Source: Macrostomum hystrix (Eukaryota > Animalia > Platyhelminthes). From it: a stretch of 64,000 nucleotides of DNA. The DNA lies in contig CATNEN010000012.1 of assembly GCA_950097015.1 (NCBI GenBank), forward strand, positions 1,860,001-1,924,000, in the 5' to 3' direction. Shown here piece by piece: positions 39,183 through 50,731 of the stretch (the first letter of the stretch is position 1; each line of letters opens with the position of its first letter). Position numbers and translations under genes: made by a program. The notes below the pieces were generated by a model, which was not told the origin of the DNA, searched no databases, and was given only the letters and a program-made list of their open reading frames with translations.

Positions 39183-40277
39183 ATTCTAAATATTCAATAT
39201 CTTATTTTTTATTCGATGTTCTATATTCTCCCTAGCCTACTTGATCTGCAGCGATCAGAAATAGCTCAGACGAATGCAAAACCTATTTTTGTATTGTATT
39301 GTATTCACTCACATCAGATGGTAGTGTTAGCTCAGATATTTATTTTGAAGTGTCTATTTTTTCTTAACTTTCGCCCCTTGAAGTGTTGCTGGTCCAGTGC
39401 TGTCTGTTCTACACATTATATATCTTACAAAGGTATATTTTTACTATTCTAATTTTCTAAATCACAGTAAGCTATACAAACTCACTAACAATAGTTAAAT
39501 AGCTATGCTGTGCACATCTAGTTAGTTGTTAAGCACTTAGATGTATGTAAACACGATTCTGTGTGATTATATTGCTAGTTATTTTAGGCAACCAGTTTTT
39601 CTGTAGCCTCTGCTTGGTAAGTCCCCTAGTTATTGAACCTATTTAAATCATTTTTAAGTACTCACCGTCTAGTCTTTCCACAGTTGCGGCTTCAATTTAT
39701 ATTCTGTTATACATAGTGTCTATTTATCTATACCAATTATTACATTATTTAGGTTAGTTTAATATTTGACTAAGCTGTTTCATTTGCTGCAATAATATAT
39801 TGGCTAACACTTTTTTAGTGGATATTAGAGGAAACAGATAAGGAAGCAGTTTAATCCCAAATCATTATTGTCTTGCCCTGTATCTCCACCGCTTAGGGTG
39901 TAATTTGTATTTTTGCACGCAGTACCAATGAGTTGTTTGTGCGTAGTTTTTATTCACTTATTTCTAGTGATTATAGTGATTAACTACATATGTATAAATA
40001 ATCTAGTGAAGGCTTAATCAATATTTTGCACGCTCAGTATCACAGTTTTATGTTTTCTTTATTGTTTTTATTAGCCGCTCACACCGAATCTGGAAATTCA
40101 GCCGAAAATAAATTTATCGTCATGCGAGTAGTATATGTGGCTTTTTGTTCGTCTCTAACTTACAACATAGCAATAGATTTTTCTCGCCTATGTCTATCTA
40201 AGCATTATTCTTATTTACACATATGCAACTTCAGGATGGAGAAAAAATATAATGAGCTGGTTGGTGCATTTGGGGGA

Positions 40278-40640
40278 GAGAAAATGAGGTGGTGGGTGCA
40301 GTTGGAGGGAAGAGAAATGAGGTGGTGGGTGCAGTTGGAGGGAAGAGAAAATGAGGTGGTTTGTGCAGTTGATGGAAAGAGAAATGAGGTGGTTTGTGCA
40401 GTTGGAGGAAAGAGAAATGAGGTGGTGGGTGCAGCTGGAGGAAAGAGAAATGAGGTGGTGGGTGCAGTTGAAGGAAAGAGAAATGAGGTGGTGGGTGCAG
40501 TTAGAGGGAAGAGAAATGAGGTGGTTTGTGCAGTTGATGGAAAGAGAAATGAGGTGGTGGGTGCAGTTGGAGGAAAGACAAATGAGGTGGTGGGTGCAGT
40601 TGGAGGAAAGAGAAATGAGGTGGTGGGTGCAGTTGGATGG
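40278..40640. repeat. 33-bp minisatellite, about 11 copies
   Basis: Unit aatgaggtggtgggtgcagttggaggaaagaga. Confidence 0.94.
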
Positions 40641-41087
40641 TAGAGAAAATCAGTCTAAAAAGAGTTTTCTAGAAACAAATAGTTATATTAATATATTTTA
40701 ATTGGAAGTCGTAGAAAGAACACTGATCAGCAGCTGGATGCATTCTGAATACTGTACTCGTAAGCAAACTTTAAGCAAATATTCTATGCCGATTGGGAGG
40801 AATTCGTCTGTTATTGGCAGTTGATTACTCCAACAATGCTTATTCGCATGATCAAATCCAACATCAGACAATTTTTAAGAAGCAAAATATTTTGACTCTG
40901 AGAGTCACAAGTAGCATTTTTAATATCAACCCCCCAAATTAACGTTGTCATCTACTCACCAAGCTTTGGACTACTTTGAATTCTCTTCTGGGATCTCACC
41001 TGCACAGGTCCGCATCCCACTCCAAGGGGGGCTTGTTAGAGTTAGAGTTTCGTGGATACAGAAAATAGATATATATACACAATGTGC

Positions 41088-44000
41088 TCAGTCCGAGTGC
41101 TCATGATCGTGAGCACACTTGCTCCTGCAGAACTCCTGAATCATCATGTGATAGGGCGGCGCCATATCCGTCGCCGACGCGATCGAATCGACTGCGGCGG
41201 CTGTCGGCGCCGGCTGCTCAAGTCGGTCCTTCAGCCACTGTTCGTAGGCGTTCAGCCGCGGATCGAGGCGACGCAGACGGTAGGTGGACCGCGCCTGCTG
41301 CTGCTGCTGTTGGTCATGCTGATGATGACCGTCTTGGTGATGACCGGCTATGGGAGGCAGGCCGTGACCGGCGCCGCCCGCGTCATGCTGGGCGTAGGCC
41401 TGGCGAGTCAGCTGGGCCAGCTGCTGGTCCAGCTCTTGCCTGATTGGTGGCGCGGTTGGGGGCTTGGGGGCTAAAGTAGGGATTAGTTGGTTAAGTCCGT
41501 TTAGGTCTTGGGCAATGGGTTAGCTTTCAGTTACCTCTTCTTCTTGGCCTCTTCCTGCTCGCGCGCCTGCCTCTCGTCCTCCACCACCTTTTGTCTCTCC
41601 TGGCGCTTCTTCTGCTGCCACTGCTCGTAGGACAAGGCCCTGCAGGTTCAGGGTCGACAAGCTTGAATTCTTGCACAAGGCCTGAGATAGTTATTGTACA
41701 ATCTGCTCAACATGGGAAGTCTGTGAGTCGCTGTAATAGTCAAGGTCACCAACTTTCCTGTCTTTACCCTCAATATCTCCTAAATCCCTCACTCTCATTC
41801 GCCAAGATCATTTCCACCCCCGAATCCCACACCTTTTCCACCTACCAACCCCACACATTTTCCACCTACCAACCCCACACATTTTCCACCTACCAACCCC
41901 ACACATTTTCCACCTACCAACCCCACACATTTTCCACCTACCAACCCCACACATTTTCCACCTACCAACCCCACACATTTTCTACCTACCAATCCTGCAC
42001 CTTTTCCACCTACCAATCCTGCACCTTTTCCACCTACCAATCCTGCACCTTTTCCACCTACCAATCCTGCACCTTTTCCACCTACCAATCCTGCACCTTT
42101 TCCACCTACCAATCCTGCACCTTTTCCACCTACCAATCCTGCACCTTTTCCACCTCCGAATTCCAAAACCCACTGTCGCCAACACAATTGCTGACGGTTC
42201 TCACTTGCCGGACGCGCCGCGCTGAGTCTGCAGCTCCTCGGCCGTCGCCGAGCACCGCCGATGCCAGCTCCGCCTGGGCGCGTGGAACGCCGATCCGATG
42301 AACTCCTCCGGCGGTTGCACCTTCTGCAGGTAGACCTGCAGCGAGTTGCCCGTTCGCCACTTGGGATAAGCGGAATCTGATCGCTGAAATTCTTTCAGAG
42401 GCGGATTAAGAAACTGCGGCTTGGCCGACTTTGCCCTCTGCTGCCAGCGGAACATGAATAGGCGACGTTCGCAGCCTTTGTGCCCGAATTCTGCGGCCAC
42501 GGCCAGCGGATTCTGGCCGTTCTTGTCCTCCAGGTCAACGTCGGCGCCTTCAATGATTGAAGATCGACAAAATCTCTCATAATTAACCAATTACTATAAG
42601 ACAATTTAACAACTGCTTAGCGCTGCTAAACTCACCGCTCTCCAACAGCAGGTTGATGATGTCGCCATTGTTCTTTGCAGCCGCCACATGCAACGGCGAT
42701 CGGCCCAGAGCTGTTGTGGAGTTTACGTCGGCGCCTGAGATATGTACAGTGTGTACAGCTGTTCAGCCAATGGATTGGGGAGCGACACGCACACCCCATT
42801 AGCTAGTTGAACTGAAGCAAAGTGTCTTGTTAAAAGACAAACTCTCTGTTGGGCTAAAAGGTCTTCTTTATTTTTTCTTTTTTAAATATATTTTTGATAT
42901 CTTATTTTTTTATTAATTCTCAGCCATTTTAGTCATAGTCTTCTCGTGATTTAAAGATTAGATTAAATAGAGTTCGACAATAGACAGAAATCTCCGTTCT
43001 TTTTTCTAGCTGTCTAGGGCCATGGAACCAGGACTTTGAATATGTCTATGGTTGTAAGGGTTAGTTCGCAGGGTTAGTTCTTGGGAGATGGATAGGGCTA
43101 GCAGGTCAATTGTAATTAATTTTATTCAAAATTAATAGTGTTCTCCTGTTTTAAGGTCTCAAAGCCTTAAAACTTGAACTCCATCACCCAGCAACTCACC
43201 GCTGCTAAGCAGTCGACTAGCCATCTCGTAGTGCGACTTGTGACAGGCGATGAAGAGTGCCACGCCGGCCCGATGTCGCAGCCATTCCAGCCTCTGCTTC
43301 GGCAGCATGTACTCCGAAGTTGGCGTTTGAAATTTTGAGTCCTTTGTTACTCCGAGTGAAAGTAGCTTAAAATTTTTGTAGGGAATTTTTTGATAATCAA
43401 TTTACGTACGAGTGTATTTTACTTCCGGCTAGTTTGTTTTCGAAAATTGGGGGTCAATAAGTTTAACGGAATGCGTCTTTACGTAAGTAATCGGGCTGTG
43501 CCATAGACGAAAATAGATGAACAAAAATCCAGTTTTAAGAAATCGCTCAAGCGTGTGCGGAAACCTTCGAGACTTCTTCTATAAAATGTCATTTTTTTAA
43601 TTCATACCAAAATGAAAGCAAATACCAAATTTAAGCATATTTACCTGCAACTTAATCCTAGCAGAGTGACTGTTGCAAAAACACTCTTGATTCTGAACAT
43701 AAAAACTGCATTAAGAAAGTGTGCAACATCGCTGCAAGATTAAACAGATAGATTAAGATGGAGTAAAACGAAAGAAAAGCCTCGAAGCAATAAAGCTACA
43801 ATAAAGCAATAAGGCTTCGAGAACTTTGAAGCAGTTGATGACAAAACTGTTTTTGTGTCACCTCTATATGAAACAATTATTTTTTGGTCTTACCAACGCA
43901 AATCTACACAATTTGAGGCTTCAATTGCATCGAATTTTCAACACAAAAGTTGATTTTCCTGGAATTGCTTGAATGTATTTGCAATTAAAAATTATTAAAA

Positions 44001-44562
44001 TATTTCCCACCAAAAAGTTGCTAAATTTCTCTTGTTTTAAAACTTTATCGTCTAATTCTGTTGAATACTATTTACGAGTAGGATTCGGTTAATTTCGAGA
44101 CAATTGTCAATAAAAAAGACATGATTACTTTAAAACTTCAGATTTTCAAGAAACAGTAACTTACCCATTCGATGTCATTAGAGCAGCATGCTTCTACAAG
44201 ATCTCTCCATGTATGCCATACTTGCATATTAATTGTTGCCTTGGAAACGATATCGATTTTCTTTATTGTTTGCTCGTCTGGCAAATCTCCTGAAAAGTAT
44301 ATATACCTAAACAATATATAAATTTCGTTAAAAAAGCTTGAAAATGTGGGTGCATCGAAGCAACCTCTTTCCACGAACCTGCATCCAAGTATGTGAGCTT
44401 CTGCAGCTCAAATGGTATCCCAGCTTCAAGCTCTATATAGCCTTTTAAATCAGCAACTGTAGACTTTGGGGTAACCCGAGCGAAACTAATTACTTCATCT
44501 GTAACATCAAAATGAATCTTCAATGAAATTTTCTTTGCCTTTGCCTTCTTTTGGCTTTTCAT
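41088..44562 (-). CDS. ANKRD60: ANKRD60-like ubiquitin-like plus ankyrin repeat protein with C-terminal extension
   Basis: Exons 44562-44379, 44289-44165, 43365-43200, 42734-42636, 42547-42205, 41639-41535 and a last exon ending at 41088. The last acceptor is either 41439 (in phase) or 41470 (needs one less G in a G5 run). Motifs TVADLKGYIELEAGIPFELQKLTYLDAG, VALFIACHKSH, LGRSPLHVAAA and DKNGQNPLAVA match ANKRD60. Confidence 0.85.
41815..42155. repeat. 24-bp minisatellite, about 14 copies, in ANKRD60-like intron
   Basis: Unit ttttccacctaccaaccccacaca, switching to ttttccacctaccaatcctgcacc half-way along. Confidence 0.95.
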
Positions 44563-45999
44563 TTTTAAGTGGTGTAATTTTTGGTTAATCTTTATGTTAA
44601 ATACATAACCACATTTTTAATGCCAAACATGATAAAATGTAATGTTTTAAAGCAATCAAATTTGCACAGCTTGCATAGATGCAGGTTTCCTTGAAAATCA
44701 GTATGATATCAGACAGAAAAGTTACAAAACGCATAAGTACCTATCATTTTCATAAATATTACGCAAAGACCCGTGGAATTTATTAATGGTGGACAAAATG
44801 TGTTATAATAATTTGCTCCCAAATTAATATCGGAAAGCATGTTTTCAAACCAATAACACGCGAGTGTTTTTCTAAACGCAACTAGCATAATTTCGAAATT
44901 TTAACATTTGCGCCAGCGCAAATCTTCTAGTATTTTTCCTTGGAGAGCCTACGTGTTTTATAAAAACAGCCGTGCGATTTTTGGGTGTCCAAGTTATAAA
45001 AATACTACTATTAGGTGGCTACTACAATTTACTATAAGACAAATTCTACTTGAATTTGTTCGTTTTAGAATCTTCATTTCGTTTATAGTTTCTTTCAAAT
45101 CGCCTCACTTAAATGTTTCGATCATTGATTATCAAGTCTCTTGTAATTCTCTGGTGCATCCATTTTGTTTTTTGTGTCAAGCATGCAACTCGGTATGGAA
45201 AAAGTTACAGGTAAGCATTACACAACAAGCTAATGCTATACCAGTATACTATACTGGGTAATTCTATGAACTATGTAGTGGACTATCGGTATGGGTTAGT
45301 TTTAAGAAGTAGCTATGAGATATATATATATAGTCGGCCTAGCTATAGTTGCAGCTATAAAAGAAAAAATCTATGCATACACATCTGTTTTTTGTAAAGA
45401 AATTTTTGGCAAATTCTGTTTCGTTATTGCTAATTGCTAAATTTAAACTACAAATTATGTAACCTAGCTTTGCCTTTTAACCACTCTATCTACAGTTCTA
45501 AGAGAAAATTCTGTTAAATGTGTTCATACATGCACAACACCCGGCCGAACCGGCCGGGTGAAATGAGGGCCAAGCAAGGTAAGTCGCAAAAACCAATTGA
45601 CCAAGCAAAAAAAATCAAAGGGGGGACCAAGGGACAAAAAAGGAAGGCGTGAAGAAAAGGAAAAGGGGAGACAAAAAGAGAGCAAATGAGAGCAAACTAA
45701 GTCGTAAATAGAGCAATGAAACAAACTAAGTCGCAAATGAGAGCAAAAACTAAGTTGCACGGCTGGCTAAGATTTGGGAGGTTGCGCATGTATGAATGTG
45801 TTAGGAACTCAATGTCAAGTAAATATTGGCACATTTTTAAACATCCAGTCTCATGAATTTGTGTAAAAAAAAATACTAAATTACTAAGCATCTTTAATTG
45901 TAGATAAAAGTTATTAGTATTTTTTAAAATAAATATTATATTGTATATATTATCTTATATATATTATTGTATATATTGTATATATATAAAGTTATTAGG

Positions 46000-46325
46000 G
46001 AGGTTGTAACCTAGTGGTTAGGGCGTCGGACTCACTACTTGAAGGTTGTGGGTTCAATTCCCGTCTCCACTGGAACAATTTGTGTCCTTTAGCAAGACAC
46101 TTAACTCTGCATTGCTTCAGTTCACCCAGCTGTTAAATGGGTACCAGCATTAGCTGGGATAATTGAAGGTGGGTGTGGCGGCCCCCCAGTCCATGGACTG
46201 AACAGCCATACGCAGCCTTCAGATGGGCTGCGCATTAGCTGCGGCTGTGCTGTTGGCTGCACATCTGACCCTATTGGAGCAGGTGTAATCAATTATTATT
46301 AAATTAATTATTAGTATTAATTACT
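46000..46325 (+). mobile_element. SINE family A (tRNA-derived head)
   Basis: A box cctagtggttagggcg, B box ggttcaattccc, the same core and 3' region as 17165-17462, and an (ATT)-rich tail. Confidence 0.85.
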
Positions 46326-46674
46326 ATTACAATAAATGTAAAAGTTTAGCAAAAAGTTACAGAAAATCATAATTATATCAGTTTTCCTCACTTGTGCAAT
46401 GTTAATTGTGTCTGTCTCTTGCTGAAATTCATCACATTTTTACTAAATTCACTTGTGGCCATCAAAAGCTATGGGCACAGCTATGAAATTCTAAAACATT
46501 TGTACTTTTAAAAGGTATTATATTTAGAAGGTTTATTATAATTTTCAATATTTTCTGTCACAAATAATTAATTACTTCCTTATTTTACACAATGATTAGC
46601 TATGGTTTTAAAATACAGTTCAACCATGTTGCACAGTAACTGATGGGGTTTTAAAGCACAGCTACACAGGTTAT

Positions 46675-49600
46675 ATGGCACTACTTGCTGTTAGTCTGTT
46701 AGTCTGCTGTTAGCTTGCATATCTGAAAATCAAAAAAATTATTCATTGACTCATACCACTCTGCATCCTAGATATAGCCCAGTTCACAACAGAGATGATG
46801 CTGACTACGACCCTGCTGATGACTCAGATGGCGATGATGACGACAGAAGCGTGGATCTGCATCTGCGGCCATCGTCGCCCACCGAATCCACGCACATCGA
46901 CTGTGAGCACTTCGAAATCGTCGACAACAATAGCGCCAAGCATTGCCACCAAGCATTTGCCTTCCGTTTCCTGCTCTGCGCCTCTTCCACAATTTGTTGC
47001 TGCCGTCAACTTTGCCCGCTGGCACAAAGGCCGTCAGTTGGCACTCGCGCACCAGCTGGGTGTTAGACACTGATCATGATGGCCGCCCTGTCACCGGCGC
47101 AGTTGTCACTATCGATGATCTCGGAGCTAGTAGCAGTCGGATTGTTCGCGTACTTCCGTCCTCGCTGCCGTTGAATTGTGCAACTTCTACTGTTTCGGCC
47201 ATGAATTTAGCTGATCTGGCTGCGGCTAATGATTGCGAGGCCGTCCTGACAGCTTCGGCTGCCGGGGACGGCTGTGCCGGGCAGCTGGTCAGCGATGGTC
47301 GCCGATTGCTAGAATCAACTGCCCAGCGTGTCGCTCATTTTGGCATCACAAAAGCTGGAGAGATCTTCTTTGGGTTAGTTCTATTGATCAGTTAATAATA
47401 AATTCTTAGCGTGTGTTTAGTGGTTCTAGCCTAATTATAATAATATTTGCAGGAGGGCTGCGGGTAATGGCACATCACTTGGTAACACTAGACCCGCAGC
47501 CAGCGAGGAGACAATTCTGCCCATTTCACTGACTCCTGAGCACGCGCACACAGATACCGTACAAAGGCATACGCTCACACAGGGTGTGTACACCTGCCCT
47601 GACTTTCTCATCATAAGACTGTGTACACTTTCACAGTGCCTTAAAGATAGGCTCTTAATGGCGCAAATTGCATGACAAGCCCACAAGCCTTCCCTCGACG
47701 GCTGCACCCCAAATAAAAGTGGATTCCTCGTAGCGGAATCGAGCTCAGGGACCCTGGCGCGTGAGGCAAACGCGTTAACCGATTTGCCACTCACCCCCTG
47801 GGGTTACGGCGACACAATTCTGATGGTGTGTTTACTCCGCGCTCCCACAGATACCCGAACGACAAGCTGAAGCCGACCAAAGACTTCAGTCAGCTGCTTG
47901 GCGGACGAGGTTGGATAGTCCGGGACGGTAAAAATGTGAGCTGAATCTAATCAGTTTACAGCTTTCCACTACGATGCAGATAGCAAAAATATAATGTTGC
48001 GAATTAAATTAATTTTCAGTTCGTTTCTCAGAGCCTTCAGCTGGAAGCCTGTTCAACTGTCTCGAAAGTCGACGCTACCGCTGAGGCTGCTGCTGTCGCT
48101 TTGTCGGCCAGATCGGCTGTTTGTCGGAATCCAGCCGGCCAGCTGGCATTTGTGCACATTGTCGGACGACGGGGCGTTGCCGGGTACGTTGCTAAGGGCT
48201 TTTAGGTATCTCAGCTCGATTTTCCAGCTGTGAGACCATTTCGTTTTGGGCGCTGCCGCGTAGACAAGGCATTATTATCCATCGGGTCTTGCCTCTTCCT
48301 TAGTATTTTGTATCGGGTCACCTGTCAGTTTTGCCACCTGTAACCTGTCACCGATTTTTAAGCCCATTCATTGCCTTGTAAATGATTCTAATGCATCCCC
48401 CTATTTCATCCTCCAATGGTCAGATTGTCTCTAAGCGCTTTCGCTAATCTGCTAATCCGGCTTGGCATGCGGGAAGCCATTAACTTGGACGGTGGCGAAG
48501 CCGCCGCGCTACTGGTCAATGGCACCTTGATTGGCAGTCCGTCGGCTAAATGGTGAGTGCGCACTGAAAAAGCTAAATAATAATGACACTTACGAGTGTC
48601 CTATCACTCTACTCACAGTAGGTAATTTTGCTGCGCATTAAAACACTTTCTGTCTCCATAATTCAGCGCAACTGCTGCCGCCTCAGCTTCTCCGTTCGCC
48701 TGCCTCCGATCTGCTGCCACTGTTCTGTGCGTCAGCCGACGCCGAAGCGCGCAGGCTACAGCTGGGCCGATGACGAAAGGACCTGGTCTGGCTGTGACAG
48801 TCGGGCCCGCTGCGGCTACTTGCAAAGACACCTCCGGCGCGCCCTGCAGTCCCATTGGGGGCCGCTGCGTCTCCTCCGACTCTCCGTCGACTGGCGCTGT
48901 CTGCGTCTGTCTGCCCTACTTTGAAGGGCCCGGTTGTAATCGACGACGATGCCTGTGCTTGAACGGCGGCCAATGCCAACCGGACAGCGAGGCCTGCCAG
49001 TGCCCAGCCGGCTACTCCGGGCCGCTGTGCGAACGGACCTGCCCGGCTGGCTTCTACGGCCGCAACTGCGCCAGGGTGTGCGTGTGCGCCGGCGGCGAGT
49101 CGGTGGCCTGCAACCCGGCCAACGGCACCTGCTATGGCGACACCCAGCTGGCTAAGAACGGTGAGTTCGGCTCTCATGATTCTGCTTATTGAGCCCTCTG
49201 TGTTGGCCTCATTGAACCAGATTGCAAAACATGATCTTCTGGAAAGGAATCTCTCTCCTTCCCTTCTCTGCGTCTGTCTCCTCACCTTTTATGTTTGTTC
49301 TCCCCTTCCTATCTCACTCCTCCCCTTCCTATCTCTCTCCTCCCCCTCTTATCTCTCTCCTCCCCTTCCTATCTCACTCCTCCCCTTCCTATCTCACTCC
49401 TCCCCTTCCTATCTCACTCCTCCCCTTCCTATCTCACTCCTCCCCTTCCTATCTCTCTCCTCCCCGTCCTATCTCTCTCCTCCCCTTCCTATCTCACTCC
49501 TCCCCTTCCTATCTCACTCCTCCCCTTCCTATCTCACTCCTCCCCTTCCTATCTCTCTCCTCCCCGTCCTATCTCTCTCCTCCCCTTCCTATCTATCTCC

Positions 49601-50731
49601 TCCCCTTCCTATCAATCTCCTCCCCCTCCTATCTCTCTCCTACCCTTCCTATCTCTCTCCTACCCTTCCTATCTCCTCCCATTCCTATCTCATTCCTCCC
49701 CTACCTATCTCTCTCCTCCCCTTCCTATCTCTCTCCTCCCCTTCCTATCGCTCTCCTCCCCTTTCTATCTCTCTCCTTCCCTTCTCTGCGTCTGTCTCCT
49801 CACCTTTTTATGTTTGTTCTCCCCTTCCTATCTCACTCCTCCCCTTCCTATCTCTCTCCTCCCCCTCCTATCTCTCTCCTCCCCTTCCTATAGCTCTCCT
49901 CCCCCTCCTATCTCTCTCCTCCCCCTCCTATCTCTCTCCTCCCCTTCCTATAGCTCTCCTCCCCCTCCTATCTCTCTCCTCCCCCTCCTATCTCTCTCCT
50001 CCCCTTCCTATCTCTCTCCTCCCCTTCCTATAGCTCTCCTCCCCCTCCTATCTCACTCCTCCCTTTCCTATCTCTCTCCTCCCCTTCCTATCTCTCTCCT
50101 CCCCTTCCTATCTCTCTCCTCCCCTTCCTATCTCTCTCCTACCCTTCCTATCTTTCTCCTCCCCTTCCTATCTTTCTCCTCCCCTTCCTATCTTTCTCCT
50201 CCCCTTCCTATCTCTCTCCTCCCCCTCCTATCTCTCTCCTCCCCTTCCTATAGCTCTCCTCCCCCTCCTATCTCACTCCTCCCTTTCCTATCTCTCTCCT
50301 CCCCTTCCTATCTCTCTCCTCCCCTTCCTATCTCTCTCCTCCCCTTCCTATCTCTCTCCTACCCTTCCTATCTTTCTCCTCCCCTTCCTATCTTTCTCCT
50401 CCCCTTCCTATCTTTCTCCTCCCCTTCCTATCTTTCTCCTCCCCTTCCTACTCCGGCTTCAGAGAGCAGCCTGTTGCGGTCGATCCAGCAGCGCCTACGC
50501 AGCCTGGGCAGTATCAACCTGGCCCTGGTCGGCCTGTCCAGCGCCCTGTCGCTTAGCCTGCTGCTGAATCTCTGCCTGCTGGTTCAGTGCTGTCGCTTGC
50601 GTTGCAGACGACGCAGGCACGGAGGAGGCGGCGGCAGTGGCAGTGGCGCTGGCAAAAATTCACGCTATCAGCCAATGCGACTGGTGCCTTCGGGTCGCGA
50701 GTCTGATTCGGATCCCGAGGCTGTGATGTGA
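46675..50731 (+). CDS. NAGPA: NAGPA-like N-acetylglucosamine-1-phosphodiester alpha-N-acetylglucosaminidase (uncovering enzyme) homologue
   Basis: In-phase exons: ..-47373, 47851-47935, 48020-48183, 48424-48552, 48667-49160 and 50463-50731. The order of motifs matches NAGPA: LVSDGRR..AHFGIT..GEIFFG|Y, QLLGGRGWIVRDG, SARSAV, EAINLDGG..LLVNGTL, CLRSAATVLCV, EGF-like repeats, TM helix and YQPM sorting motif. The 5' end (signal-peptide-like MALLAVSL/VSLLLACIS, acidic propeptide) needs a 1-bp shift at about 46699 and an unresolved junction near 46900-47030. Confidence 0.85.
47432..47793 (-). mobile_element. SINE family B in NAGPA-like intron
   Basis: Colinear with 35460-35792, with about 30 bp extra near 47685-47725. 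Confidence 0.82.
49250..50450. repeat. 20-bp CT-rich minisatellite, about 55 units, in last NAGPA-like intron
   Basis: Unit ctcctccccttcctatctct. A unique spacer is duplicated at about 49264 and about 49782. The array ends about 12 nt before the acceptor at 50462. Confidence 0.95.

Noticed and set aside
17380-46075. Extra tRNA genes at about 17380-17460 (-) and about 46000-46072 (+)
   Set aside because: The cloverleaves are degenerate and continue into shared non-tRNA sequence, so these are SINE heads.
38333-50731. Long Pro/Ser/Leu/Ile ORFs at 38333-39452 and 49134-50731
   Set aside because: They are translations of CT-rich arrays. Only 50463-50731 is a real (NAGPA-like) exon.
21184-50731. 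Programmed frameshifting as the explanation for the TRPV-like, NAGPA-like and ANKRD60-like frame breaks
   Set aside because: I saw no slippery heptamers. Scattered 1-bp indels, some in homopolymers, across several genes point more simply to long-read consensus errors.
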